A stretch of 32,000 nucleotides of DNA from Cereibacter sphaeroides 2.4.1 (GTDB lineage: Bacteria; Pseudomonadota; Alphaproteobacteria; Rhodobacterales; Rhodobacteraceae). The notes under the pieces were generated by a model. The model was not told the origin of the DNA and did no database searches. It was given only the letters and a program-made list of their open reading frames with translations. The position numbers and the translations under genes are program-made. The stretch spans positions 60,001 to 92,000 of the forward strand of contig NC_007488.2 of assembly GCF_000012905.2 (NCBI RefSeq). The letters are read 5' to 3'. Below are positions 23,575 to 32,000 of this stretch, in pieces. Numbering within the stretch: the first letter of the stretch is position 1; every line of letters starts with the position of its first letter.

Positions 23575-24510
23575 ATGTCGGTGGGAGTGATTGGAACCGG
23601 CTTCGTCGGCCGGGGCTGGGCGATCTGCCTTGCCCGGGCCGGCCACGAGGTCCGGCTGTGGGATCCGGCGCCCGACGCCGCCGAGGCCGCCCGCACCTAT
23701 ATCGCCGAGATGCTGCCGGATCTGGCGGCCGCGGACCTGCTGGGCGGCCGCGCCCCGGACGCGGTGCTGGAGCGGATCCGCGTCGCCCCGGACATGGCCA
23801 CCGCCGTCCGCGGCGCCCGCCACATTCAGGAAAGCGCCCCCGAGGATCTGCTTCTGAAGACCGCGCTCTTCGCCGAGCTCGACGCTCTGGCCGATCCCGG
23901 CGCGGTGATCGCAAGCTCCTCCTCGGCGCTTCTGCCTTCGGCCTTCACCGAGGGGCTGGCAGGGGCGGGCCGCTGCCTCGTCGCCCATCCGGTCAATCCG
24001 CCGCACCTCATTCCGCTGGTCGAGCTGGTGCCGGCGCCGTGGACCGACGAGGAGACGCTGGCCCGGACCGAGACGCTCATGCGCGAGATCGGCCAGAGCC
24101 CGGTGCGGCTCGAGCGCGAGGTGGACGGCTTCCTGCTGAACCGGATCCAGGCCGCGGTGCTCGACGAGGCCTTCCGGCTGGTCGATGCGGGCCTCGCCTC
24201 GGCCGATGCGGTGGATGCCTGCCTCCGCGACGGTCTGGCGCTGCGCTGGGTCTTCATGGGGCCGTTCGAGACCATCGACCTCAACGCGCCCGAGGGCGTG
24301 CGCGACTATGTCGCCCGCTACCAGCCGATGTTCCGCAGGCTCACCGACACGATGCGGGAAAGCGCCGACTGGTCCGGCCCGGTGCTCGACCGGATCGAGG
24401 CCGACCGCCGCGCGCGCCTGCCGCAGGAGGCGCTGCGCGCCCGGCAGATGTGGCGCGACCGCCGGCTGATGGCGCTCGCCGCCTTCCGCCGCCAATCCCT
24501 GCAATCCTAG
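23575..24510 (+). CDS. 3-hydroxyacyl-CoA dehydrogenase-family beta-hydroxy acid dehydrogenase (L-carnitine dehydrogenase / L-gulonate 3-dehydrogenase-like)
   Basis: Track ORF 23557..24510(+), which begins at a TTG. I trimmed it to the ATG at 23575, preceded by GGGAGGG. It has the Rossmann motif VGVIGTGFVGRGWA, ESAPEDLLLK, the HPVNPPHLIPLVELV motif typical of 3HCDH_N/3HCDH folds and DGFLLNRIQ. Confidence 0.8.
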   Translation: MSVGVIGTGFVGRGWAICLARAGHEVRLWDPAPDAAEAARTYIAEMLPDLAAADLLGGRAPDAVLERIRVAPDMATAVRGARHIQESAPEDLLLKTALFAELDALADPGAVIASSSSALLPSAFTEGLAGAGRCLVAHPVNPPHLIPLVELVPAPWTDEETLARTETLMREIGQSPVRLEREVDGFLLNRIQAAVLDEAFRLVDAGLASADAVDACLRDGLALRWVFMGPFETIDLNAPEGVRDYVARYQPMFRRLTDTMRESADWSGPVLDRIEADRRARLPQEALRARQMWRDRRLMALAAFRRQSLQS

Positions 24511-24519
24511 GAGCCCCGC

Positions 24520-25452
24520 ATGGCCAAGCCCGATCCGGTCATCATCACCTGCGCCGTGACAGGCGGCATCCATACGCCGTCCATGTCGCCGCACCTGCCT
24601 ATCACGCCCGACGAGATCGTGGCCGACGCGCTCGGCGCGGCCGAAGCCGGCGCCTCGATCCTGCATCTGCATGCCCGCAACCCCGAGGACGGCCGCCCCG
24701 ACCAGACGGTCGAGGGCTTCATGCGCTTCCTGCCGCGGCTGAAGCAGGCCACGAACGCCGTCATCAACCTGACCTCGGGCGGCTCGCCGCACATGAAGCT
24801 CGAGGAGCGGGTGAAGCCCGCGGCCCAGCTGAAGCCCGAGGTGGCCTCGCTCAACATGGGCTCGATGAACTTCGGCCTCTTCCCGCTGATCGAGCGCTAC
24901 CCGGACCTGAAATACGACTGGGAGCGCACGCATTTCGAGGCGACGCGGGATGTGGTGTTCCGCAACACCTTCAAGGATATCGAATATATCCTCACCTCCT
25001 GCTCGGCCAACGGCACGCGCTTCGAGTTCGAGTGCTACGACATCTCGCATCTCTACAATCTCGCGCATTTCGTGGACCGCGGCCTCGTGAAGCCGCCGTT
25101 CTTCGTCCAGTCGGTCTTCGGGATCCTCGGCGGCATCGGCACCCATCCCGAGGATGTGGCGCACATGAAGCGGACGGCCGACCGGCTGTTCGGGTCCGAT
25201 TACCGCTGGTCGGTGCTGGGCGCGGGCTCGGCGCAGCTGCGCATCGTGGCGCAGGCCGCGGCCATGGGCGGCAACGTGCGGGTGGGGCTCGAGGATTCGC
25301 TCTGGGCCGGCCGCGGACGGCTCGCCACCTCGAGCGCCGAGCAGGTGCGCCTTGCGCGCAAGATCATCGAGGGTCTGGGGCTCGAAGTGGCCAGCCCCGA
25401 CGAGGCGCGCCGGATGCTCGCGCTGAAGGGCGGAGCCGACGTCGGCTTCTGA
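24520..25452 (+). CDS. BKACE family enzyme (3-keto-5-aminohexanoate cleavage enzyme-like, DUF849)
   Basis: Track ORF 24520..25452(+). PVIITCAVTGG..., ...AGASILHLHARNPEDGRP... and the C-terminal ...GGNVRVGLEDSLW match my memory of the TIM-barrel BKACE family. The gene starts 9 nt after the dehydrogenase stop. Confidence 0.85.
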   Translation: MAKPDPVIITCAVTGGIHTPSMSPHLPITPDEIVADALGAAEAGASILHLHARNPEDGRPDQTVEGFMRFLPRLKQATNAVINLTSGGSPHMKLEERVKPAAQLKPEVASLNMGSMNFGLFPLIERYPDLKYDWERTHFEATRDVVFRNTFKDIEYILTSCSANGTRFEFECYDISHLYNLAHFVDRGLVKPPFFVQSVFGILGGIGTHPEDVAHMKRTADRLFGSDYRWSVLGAGSAQLRIVAQAAAMGGNVRVGLEDSLWAGRGRLATSSAEQVRLARKIIEGLGLEVASPDEARRMLALKGGADVGF

Positions 25453-25468
25453 AAGCACGTCATCGCAT

Positions 25469-25492
25469 GTGAGGCCGGCCCTGCCGCCTCAC
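25469..25492 (+). other. Intercistronic stem-loop between the BKACE gene and the ABC substrate-binding-protein gene
   Basis: GTGAGGCCGG (25469-25478) pairs with CCGCCTCAC (25484-25492) with one bulged C and a 5-nt loop. The RBS GGGGGAGG and the ATG at 25515 follow. There is no U-tract. Confidence 0.3.
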
Positions 25493-25514
25493 CGTCAAGG
25501 GGGAGGAAACGCTC

Positions 25515-26768
25515 ATGAAAAGAAGAACCGTTCTGAAGAGCTTCGCCGGAGCCGCCGCGCTTCTGGGGATGAACGCCACCTACCTGCGCGCCCAGTCGGG
25601 GCCGATCCGCGTCGGCGCGGCCTTCGCGCTGAGCGGGGTGGGGGCGCCCGTGGGCAAGCAGATGCTGGCCGGGACCGAAGTGGCGGCCATGCAGATCAAC
25701 AAGGCCGGAGGCCTCCTCGGCCGCGAGGTCGAGCTCGTGATCCGCGACGACAAATACAACAGCTCGGAATCGGTCGCCGTGGCGCGCGAGCTGGCGGGCG
25801 ACGGGATCAACCTCCTGCTCGGCGGCTCGCAGACGGTGACGGCGCTCGGCCTCGCCCCGCTCGCGCCCGAGCTGAACATGGCGGTCATGATCGTCGCGGC
25901 CGCGGGGATGCCCGTCACGCACGAGCTCTTCAACCCCAACATCTTCCGGGCCACGGCCAACAACTACACGCAATACAGCTCGCTCGGCCGGGTGCTGATC
26001 GAGCAGAACCCCGACGTCCGCACCTGGGTGTCGCTCGCCCCCGACGGCGACTTCGGGCGCGACTCGGCGCTCTTCTTCGGCAAGGCCGTCGAGAAATATG
26101 CGCCGGGCGAGAAGCCCACCGTGCTCGACACGATCTATACCCAGGCCACCGCCACCGACTTCCGCACCCAGATCAACCAGCTCATGAGCTCGGACGCCGA
26201 GGGGCTCTATATCGGCATCGCGGCCTCGGCGCAGATCAGCTTCTTCCAGCAGGCGCGCAGCGTCGGCCTCTACGACAAGTTCAAGGCCATCGGCGAGGTG
26301 GGCAACGGCGACATCACCGGCAAGGCGATGGGGCGCAACACGCACCCGAACCTCTGGTCGGTCTGCCACTGGATCTACAATGCCGAGCCCTTCGCGAGCA
26401 ATCCGGTCAGCAAGCAGCTCTACGAGGATTATGTGACGCTGAAGGGCGACGAGATGCCCTCGGCGCAGGTGGCGGCGGGCCATCGCGCGGCCATGGCGAT
26501 CTTCGAGGGCATCCGCGCCGCGGGCTCGACCGAGACCGAGGCGGTTCTCGCGGCCATCGAGGATGTGGAATTCGAGACGGTGGGCGGCCCGGTCAGCTTC
26601 CGCAAGGAAGACCACCAGCTGGTGAACACCAACTACTATTCCCAGATGGGGCCGTCGCGCGAAGAGCCCTTCTTCGCCTTCAACAAGGTGGTGAGCATCG
26701 ACGCGGCCGAGATGATCGAGCCCGCCACGCCCGGCAAGGCGTTCGACATCTCCGAGCTGCCGCAATGA
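25515..26768 (+). CDS. ABC transporter periplasmic substrate-binding protein (LivK/Peripla_BP_6-like)
   Basis: Track ORF 25515..26768(+). It has the signal sequence MKRRTVLKSFAGAAALLGM (twin-Arg-like), then IRVGAAFALSGVGAPVGKQMLAGTEVAAMQINKAGGLLGREVELVIRDD, which is typical of branched-chain-amino-acid-type binding proteins. Confidence 0.9.
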   Translation: MKRRTVLKSFAGAAALLGMNATYLRAQSGPIRVGAAFALSGVGAPVGKQMLAGTEVAAMQINKAGGLLGREVELVIRDDKYNSSESVAVARELAGDGINLLLGGSQTVTALGLAPLAPELNMAVMIVAAAGMPVTHELFNPNIFRATANNYTQYSSLGRVLIEQNPDVRTWVSLAPDGDFGRDSALFFGKAVEKYAPGEKPTVLDTIYTQATATDFRTQINQLMSSDAEGLYIGIAASAQISFFQQARSVGLYDKFKAIGEVGNGDITGKAMGRNTHPNLWSVCHWIYNAEPFASNPVSKQLYEDYVTLKGDEMPSAQVAAGHRAAMAIFEGIRAAGSTETEAVLAAIEDVEFETVGGPVSFRKEDHQLVNTNYYSQMGPSREEPFFAFNKVVSIDAAEMIEPATPGKAFDISELPQ

Positions 26769-27646
26769 GCTCGCAGGCCGTCTTCGTCCTGTTCAACGGC
26801 ATGGCGCAGGGGATGGCCTTCTTCCTCGTCGCGGCGGGCCTGACCTGGGTGTTCGGGATCCTCAAGATCCTGAACCTTGCCCACGGCGCCTTCTTCATGC
26901 TGGGCGCCTATATCGCCTACAGCGTGGGCGGCGCCTGGCCTGCCTCGATCTGGACCTTCCTCGCCGTGGCGCTCGTCGCCGCGGCGGCGGTGGGGGTGCT
27001 CGGCTATCTGACCGATGTGCTGGTGCTGCGCCGGCTGCGCAACGTCGACTACCATTATGCGCTGATCGCGACCTTCGGGCTCATGCTCTTCTGCGAGGGG
27101 GTGGCGAAGGCCATCTGGGGCACCGACTATTTCGCCGTCATGCCCCCGCCCGAGGTCGACCGCGCCATCGTCGTCGGCGGCTCCTACATCTCGGTCTATA
27201 CGCTCTTCGTGATCGGCACGGGGCTCGTGCTCTATGCCGCGCTCGAGATCGTCATGCACCGCACCTGGGCCGGAAAGATCATGCGCGCGGTCTCGAACGA
27301 TCCCTGGATGGCCGGAACGGTGGGCATCAACGTGCCGCTCGTCCTGATGCTGTCGGTGGTGGCGAGCTTCGTGCTGGCGGGCTTTGCGGGCGGCGTCCTC
27401 GTGCCGAACCAGGCGCTGTCGCCGCATGTGGGTGCCTCGTTCGTGCTCTATGCCTTCATGGCGGTGGTGATCGGCGGGCTCGGCAGCATCCGCGGCACCT
27501 TCCTCGCCTGCATCCTCCTCGGCATCGTCGAGAGCGCCAACGCCACCTTCATGGCGCAGTATGGCGGGATCGCGATCTACATCCTCCTCGCCGTCGCGCT
27601 CGTGTGGAAACCGAACGGCCTCTTCCCCGCACAAGGAACGACCTGA
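26765..27646 (+). CDS. ABC transporter permease (LivH-like)
   Basis: This is the tail of track ORF 25469..27646(+). The ATG at 26765 overlaps the SBP stop (ATGA). MSSQAVFVLFNGMAQGMAFFLVAAGLTWVFGILKILNLAHGAFFMLGAY... is multi-spanning and matches the LivH signature. Confidence 0.9.
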   Translation: MSSQAVFVLFNGMAQGMAFFLVAAGLTWVFGILKILNLAHGAFFMLGAYIAYSVGGAWPASIWTFLAVALVAAAAVGVLGYLTDVLVLRRLRNVDYHYALIATFGLMLFCEGVAKAIWGTDYFAVMPPPEVDRAIVVGGSYISVYTLFVIGTGLVLYAALEIVMHRTWAGKIMRAVSNDPWMAGTVGINVPLVLMLSVVASFVLAGFAGGVLVPNQALSPHVGASFVLYAFMAVVIGGLGSIRGTFLACILLGIVESANATFMAQYGGIAIYILLAVALVWKPNGLFPAQGTT

Positions 27647-28659
27647 TGTCTGAAGCCTCCCTCGCCTCGGCAGAGGGCCGGCGGAGCGGCACCGAGACGC
27701 GTCTCGGGCTCCTGTGCCTGGCCGTGCTGGTGGTCCTGCTGTTTCTCGCGCCGGGCCTCGTGAACCCGGGCATCCTCTTCGTCATCGGCATGACGCTGAT
27801 CCAGGCGGTCTTCGCTTTGTCCTGGAACCTGCTCTTCGGCTTCACCGGGCTTGCGAGCTTCGGCCATGCCGGCTTCTTCGCCATCGGCGCCTATTTCACC
27901 GGGGCGGCGCTGCGCTACGATTTCCACCTGCCGTTCCTCGCCGTGCTGGCGGTGGCGGGCCTTCTCGGCGCGCTGGTGGCGCTGGCCATCGGGGTCGTGG
28001 CGCTGAAGCGGCTGACGGGGATCTTCCTCGCGGTTCTGACCGTGGCGCTGACCGAGGCCATGGCCAAGATCATCGGCTTCTCGCCCGCGCTCGGAGAGCA
28101 GGACGGGCTGGGCAACATCCCCCGCCCGGTGATCGAGATGGGCCTGTTCCAGATCGACCTCACCCACGGCGACGACTATTACCGCTTCCTCGTCGTGGCC
28201 ACCGTCCTCATCGTGGCGGCGCTCTGGTGGGTGGTCCATTCGCGCCTCGGCCGCACCTTCCGCGCGATCCGCGAGGATGCCGACCGCGCCCGCTTCGTGG
28301 GCATCGACGTGGCGCGCTACCGGGTGATCTCCTTCATGATCTCGGGCGGCACCGCGGCGCTCGCGGGCGCGCTCTCGGCGCCGCTGACCCGGATCGTGAC
28401 GCTCGATCAGGTGAACTGGCTCGCCTCGACCCAGCCGATCCTGAACTCGCTTCTGGGCGGCTTCACCTCGTTCTGGGGGCCGATCGTGGGCTCGGCGGCC
28501 TTCAGCACGATCAACTACTTCACCCGCGGCTTCCCGGGCCTGTCCGAGATCATGGTGGGCGGCATCCTCGTCGTCGTGATCCTCGTGGCGCCCACGGGCA
28601 TCCTCGGGCTTCTGGGCAAGCTGCGCCGGAGCGCGCTCGGCAAAGGAGGCCGCAAATGA
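27646..28659 (+). CDS. ABC transporter permease (LivM-like)
   Basis: Track ORF 27604..28659(+), trimmed to the ATG at 27646, which overlaps the upstream TGA by 1 nt. AAGGAA lies upstream. ...ALSWNLLFGFTGLASFGHAGFFAIGAYF... is the LivM signature. Confidence 0.9.
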   Translation: MSEASLASAEGRRSGTETRLGLLCLAVLVVLLFLAPGLVNPGILFVIGMTLIQAVFALSWNLLFGFTGLASFGHAGFFAIGAYFTGAALRYDFHLPFLAVLAVAGLLGALVALAIGVVALKRLTGIFLAVLTVALTEAMAKIIGFSPALGEQDGLGNIPRPVIEMGLFQIDLTHGDDYYRFLVVATVLIVAALWWVVHSRLGRTFRAIREDADRARFVGIDVARYRVISFMISGGTAALAGALSAPLTRIVTLDQVNWLASTQPILNSLLGGFTSFWGPIVGSAAFSTINYFTRGFPGLSEIMVGGILVVVILVAPTGILGLLGKLRRSALGKGGRK

Positions 28660-29438
28660 CCGGCACCCCCCTCCTGACCGCCACCGACCTGCGCGTGAGC
28701 TACGGCGCCTTCCATGTCATCAAGGGCGTGAGCCTCTCGGTGAATGCAGGCGACGCGCTGGCCATCATCGGCCCGAACGGGGCGGGCAAGTCCACGCTCT
28801 TCAAGGCGCTGACCGGTGAGATCTCCTGCCGGAGCGGCGAGGTGCGCTTCCGCGGCAAGGACGTGACCGCGCTGCCCGCCCATCTGCGCACCGCCGAAGG
28901 CATGGGCCGCACCTTCCAGGTCTCGCGGGTGTTCCTCGAACTGACCGCGCTCGCCAATGTGATCGTGGCGCTCGAATCCCGCCAGCGCTGCAAGAAGCGG
29001 GGGCAGGGGCGCTGGTGGCGCGCGGCCCCCGAGCCCGCGCTGGTGGAGGAGGCGGGGCATCTCTTGTCGCAGCTGGGCATCGCTCATCTGCGCCACGAGG
29101 TGGCCGCCACCATCTCGCACGGCGACCGCAAGCGGCTGGAGCTTGCCCTCGCGCTCGCGCTCGACCCGCTGATCCTCATGCTCGACGAGCCCACCGCCGG
29201 CATGGCCCCCGCCGACCGGATGCATATCGTCGATCTGATCCTCTCCATCCGCGCCGAGAAGGGCGTGGCCGTCATCATGACCGAGCACGACATGGACGTG
29301 ATCTTCTCGATCTCCGAGCAGGTGATGGTGCTGAACTATGGCGAGGTGATCGCCGCCGGCACCGTGGACGAGGTGCGCAACAGCCAGACCGTGCGCGAGG
29401 TCTATCTGGGCAAGGACATGTATCATGCTGAAGGTTGA
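28656..29438 (+). CDS. ABC transporter ATP-binding protein (LivG-like)
   Basis: This is the tail of track ORF 27714..29438(+). The ATG at 28656 overlaps the LivM-like stop (ATGA). It has Walker A GPNGAGKST, the signature ISHGDRKRLELA and Walker B LILMLDEPTAGM. Confidence 0.9.
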   Translation: MTGTPLLTATDLRVSYGAFHVIKGVSLSVNAGDALAIIGPNGAGKSTLFKALTGEISCRSGEVRFRGKDVTALPAHLRTAEGMGRTFQVSRVFLELTALANVIVALESRQRCKKRGQGRWWRAAPEPALVEEAGHLLSQLGIAHLRHEVAATISHGDRKRLELALALALDPLILMLDEPTAGMAPADRMHIVDLILSIRAEKGVAVIMTEHDMDVIFSISEQVMVLNYGEVIAAGTVDEVRNSQTVREVYLGKDMYHAEG

Positions 29439-30132
29439 GCGGCTGGATGCCTTTTACGGCCAGAGCCACATCCTGCACGGGATCGACCTGTCGGTGGACG
29501 AGGGCCGGCGCACGACCGTGCTGGGCCGCAACGGGGCGGGCAAGTCCACGCTCCTGAAATCCATCACCAATTCCGGGCCGAAGGTCGAGGGCAGCGTCTC
29601 GCTTCAGGGCCGCCCGCTCGGCAGCCGCGCCTGGTTCCGCCGCGCCAAGGACGGCGTGGCCTTCGTGCCCGAGGACCGGCGCATCTTCACCCACATCACG
29701 GTGGAGGAGAATATCGAGCTCGGCCGGTTCGGCGCCACGGCCGCGCGCCCGGTGGTGCCGGCGGCCCAGATCTACGAGTGGTTCCCCATGCTCGGGCCGC
29801 TCCGCGCGCGCCTCGGCGGCCAGCTCAGCGGCGGGCAGCAGCAGATGCTGGCCGTGGCCCGCGCGGTGGCCGCGCGGCCGCGGCTCCTGCTCCTCGACGA
29901 GCCGACCGAGGGGCTCGCCCCCGTCATCGTCGAGGATCTGGCCAAGATCGTGGCCCGGATCTGCGACGAGCTGGGCATCACCCTGCTTCTCGTCGAGCAG
30001 AACATCTGGTTCGGCCGCCAGACGACCGACCGGGTCTATGTGCTCGACACCGGCTCCGTCGTCTTCTCGGGCTCCTGGGCCGAGTTCGACCGGGACGAAA
30101 CCATCCGCAACCGCCATCTGGCGCTTGCCTGA
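29425..30132 (+). CDS. ABC transporter ATP-binding protein (LivF-like)
   Basis: Track ORF 29425..30132(+). It overlaps the upstream gene by 14 nt. It has Walker A GRNGAGKST, the signature LSGGQQQMLAVA and Walker B LLLLDEPTEGL. Confidence 0.9.
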   Translation: MLKVERLDAFYGQSHILHGIDLSVDEGRRTTVLGRNGAGKSTLLKSITNSGPKVEGSVSLQGRPLGSRAWFRRAKDGVAFVPEDRRIFTHITVEENIELGRFGATAARPVVPAAQIYEWFPMLGPLRARLGGQLSGGQQQMLAVARAVAARPRLLLLDEPTEGLAPVIVEDLAKIVARICDELGITLLLVEQNIWFGRQTTDRVYVLDTGSVVFSGSWAEFDRDETIRNRHLALA

Positions 30133-30154
30133 CACATCTCTGGGAGGAGACATC

Positions 30155-30910
30155 ATGACCAGGTTCGAAGGACGGACCGCGCTCGTCACCGGCGGCGCGA
30201 ACGGGATCGGCCGTGCCAGCGCGATCGCATTCGCCGAGCAGGGCGCCCGCGTGGGCATCCTCGACATCGAGGAGGGCCCGCTGGCCGAGACCGCCGAGGC
30301 GATCCGCGCCAAGGGCGGGCGCGTGGTGACCGTCGTCACCGACATGCGCGACCGCGCAGCCGTCAAGGCCGCCATCGGTCAGGTCGAGGCCGAACTCGGG
30401 CCGATCGACCTCCTCCTCAACAACGTGGGTCAGACCGCGCGCAAGAATGCCTCGGAATTCCTCGATTCCGTGCCCGAGACCTGGGACTTCGTGGTGGATC
30501 TGAACCTCATGGTGACCTTCTACGTCACCTGGACGGTCGCCAAGGGCATGAAGGAGCGCGGCTTCGGCCGCATCGTGAACATCTCGTCGGATTCGACCCT
30601 CGTGGGCGAGCGCAGCATCGTCGACTATGTCGCGGCGAAATCGGGCGTCTCGGGCTTCACCCGCGGGCTTGCGCGCGAACTCGCGCCCTTCGGCATCACC
30701 GTGAATGCGGTCGCCCCCGGCGTGACCAACACCCGCGGCCCGAAGCAGCTGCCGAAGGAAGTCTACGATGCGGCGCTGGCCGAGATCCCGCTCGGCCATC
30801 TGGCCGAGCCCGAGGATATCGCCAATGCGATCACCTTCCTCGCCAGCCAGGAGGCGCGCTGCATCACCGGACAGATGCTGACCGTCAACGGCGGCCGGAT
30901 CTTCTACTGA
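30155..30910 (+). CDS. Short-chain dehydrogenase/reductase (SDR, FabG-like)
   Basis: Track ORF 30038..30910(+), trimmed to the ATG at 30155, preceded by GGGAGGAGA. It has GRTALVTGGANGIGRA, NNVG, the catalytic YVAAKSGV and the C-terminal ITGQMLTVNGG. Confidence 0.9.
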   Translation: MTRFEGRTALVTGGANGIGRASAIAFAEQGARVGILDIEEGPLAETAEAIRAKGGRVVTVVTDMRDRAAVKAAIGQVEAELGPIDLLLNNVGQTARKNASEFLDSVPETWDFVVDLNLMVTFYVTWTVAKGMKERGFGRIVNISSDSTLVGERSIVDYVAAKSGVSGFTRGLARELAPFGITVNAVAPGVTNTRGPKQLPKEVYDAALAEIPLGHLAEPEDIANAITFLASQEARCITGQMLTVNGGRIFY

Positions 30911-30920
30911 GGGGCGCGAG

Positions 30921-31721
30921 ATGCTGCACAATACCGGAAGCCACTGGATCTATTACGACCTGATCGGCGCGCCCGACGCGCCGGTCGTCTGCATGAGCCA
31001 CTCGCTGACCTCGGACCACGGCATGTGGGCCGAGCAGGTGCCCGCCTTGCTCGAGGCCGGGTTCCAGGTGCTCAGGATCGACACCCGCGGCCACGGCGGC
31101 AGCAGCGCCCCGCCCGGCGACTACCGGATCGAGGAACTGGCCGGCGACGTGCTCTCGGTGCTCGACGCGCTCGGGTTCGAGAGCGGCGTCCACATGATCG
31201 GCCTGTCGATGGGCGGCATGATCGGGCAGGTGATCGCGGCCGACCATCCCGGCCGGCTCGCCTCGCTCATGGTCTGCTGCTCGGCCTCGAAATGGATGGG
31301 CGACACCGAGCTGATGAAGGGGCGCATCCGCGCGGTGAAGGAGTCCGGCACGCTCGAGAGCATCGTCGCGGCCAACATGGAACGCCGCTACGGCCCGGGC
31401 TTCCGCGAGCGGCGCCCGCTCCGGTGGGAGGCGCTGCGCCAGACCTTCCTCGGCACCAAGCTCGACGGCTATTTCGGCTGCATGAACGCCTGCCTCACCC
31501 ACAATGTCGAGCCGCGCCTCGGGCAGATCGACATTCCGGTGCTGGTGGTGGCGGGCTCCGAGGATCCGACCACGCCGCCGGCCGACAACCGGCTGATCGC
31601 CTCCTGCATCCCCGGCGCGCGCTACGCGGAGATCGCGGGCGGCTATCACTTCCCGAACGTCGAATTCGACGGCGAATTCAACCGGATCATGCTGGACTGG
31701 CTGAAGGAACGGCGCGGCTGA
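30921..31721 (+). CDS. Alpha/beta hydrolase (3-oxoadipate enol-lactonase-like)
   Basis: Track ORF 30921..31721(+). It has the nucleophile elbow GLSMGG, an HS...D..MW oxyanion region, the LVVAGSEDPTTPP motif and a C-terminal His (GGYHFPNVE). Confidence 0.85.
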   Translation: MLHNTGSHWIYYDLIGAPDAPVVCMSHSLTSDHGMWAEQVPALLEAGFQVLRIDTRGHGGSSAPPGDYRIEELAGDVLSVLDALGFESGVHMIGLSMGGMIGQVIAADHPGRLASLMVCCSASKWMGDTELMKGRIRAVKESGTLESIVAANMERRYGPGFRERRPLRWEALRQTFLGTKLDGYFGCMNACLTHNVEPRLGQIDIPVLVVAGSEDPTTPPADNRLIASCIPGARYAEIAGGYHFPNVEFDGEFNRIMLDWLKERRG

Positions 31722-31737
31722 GATCCTGCCGCGCAAG

Positions 31738-31764
31738 GGCCCGGACCCCGCGAGGGTCCGGGCC
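31738..31764. terminator. Bidirectional stem-loop terminator candidate between convergent genes
   Basis: GGCCCGGACCC (31738-31748) and GGGTCCGGGCC (31754-31764) are exact reverse complements with a 5-nt loop, followed by ATTTCG. It lies in the 49-nt gap between the hydrolase stop (31721) and the convergent SDR stop (31771). Confidence 0.55.
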
Positions 31765-31770
31765 ATTTCG

Positions 31771-32000
31771 TCAATGGAAGGTGCGGCCGTTGTCGATCGC
31801 CAGCGCGACGCCCGTGATGGCCGCGGCCTCGTCCGACATCAGGAACAGGATGCCCGCCGCGATCTCCTCGGGCTGGGCCAGACGGTTCATCGCATAGACC
31901 GCGGCCAGCGCCTTGCGGCCCGCCACATCGTCGGGCGCCACGCCCTGATCGGTCATCGGCGTCTCGGTGGCCCCCGGGCAGATGATGTTCACCCGCACCG
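31771..32000 (-). CDS. 3' part of an SDR-family oxidoreductase gene (start lies beyond the window)
   Basis: Track ORF 31771..31998(-). Its listed first residue is an internal alternative start codon. ...VNIICPGATETPM...RLAQPEEIAAGILFLMSDEAAAITGVALAIDNGRT is the classical SDR C-terminal region (the PG motif after the catalytic site, and the 'ITG..l.vDGG' ending). Confidence 0.7.
   Translation of the reverse strand, partial: VRVNIICPGATETPMTDQGVAPDDVAGRKALAAVYAMNRLAQPEEIAAGILFLMSDEAAAITGVALAIDNGRTFH

Noticed and set aside
1-32000. Scanned for CRISPR arrays, tRNA/rRNA genes, transposases, integrases, phage genes, toxin-antitoxin pairs and known defence-system signatures.
   Set aside because: I saw no regularly spaced repeats, no cloverleaf-like or rRNA-like segments, and no ORFs with DDE, tyrosine-recombinase or serine-recombinase motifs. 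The only tandem repeat is the in-frame 21-bp coiled-coil repeat. The RHH protein at 354-761 has no adjacent toxin-sized partner.

Overview
This is a very GC-rich segment that looks alphaproteobacterial, most like Rhodobacter/Cereibacter. It is densely packed with about 33 protein-coding genes. I saw no rRNA, tRNA, CRISPR array, transposase or integrase.

Gene order, left to right:
- 1-761: the 5' end of a PHB-depolymerase-like esterase gene plus a ribbon-helix-helix regulator, both on the minus strand.
- 1158-8032: a surface-glycan locus. It holds an NAD-dependent epimerase, a small hypothetical gene, a large glycosyltransferase/rhamnan-synthesis-F fusion and two sulfotransferase-like genes. 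The second of these has a coiled-coil tail encoded by 21-bp repeats.
- 8312-11738: a tightly coupled kaiC-kaiB-histidine kinase operon.
- 11746-12509: a small convergent ORF and a universal stress protein.
- 12750-16137: a Rieske oxygenase and its FNR/ferredoxin-type reductase, with a divergent LysR regulator.
- 16417-18827: a PepSY protein with an OmpR-type response regulator and a sensor kinase.
- 19002-21368: an orphan AceE-like, thiamine-diphosphate-dependent E1 enzyme.
- 21383-23402: a gntR-SDR-lrp operon on the minus strand.
- 23575-31721: a divergent catabolic cluster. It encodes a 3-hydroxyacyl-CoA-dehydrogenase-family enzyme, a BKACE (beta-keto acid cleavage) enzyme, a five-gene branched-chain-amino-acid-type ABC importer, an SDR and an alpha/beta hydrolase.
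- 31771-32000: the 3' end of a convergent SDR gene.

The most interesting element is the kaiC-kaiB module, which has no kaiA. Its KaiC carries a roughly 90-aa heptad-rich C-terminal extension. The architecture matches what I recall being published for the Rhodobacter sphaeroides KaiBC hourglass timer, so the core module is probably not new. What remains open is the HWE-type PAS histidine kinase that starts 5 nt after kaiB, which is a candidate input/output partner with no response regulator in the operon.

Many long ORFs in the track, up to 1267 aa, lie antisense to genes with clear family signatures. I treat them as high-GC artefacts.

All functional calls come from motif and family recognition by eye. 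No database search was possible.
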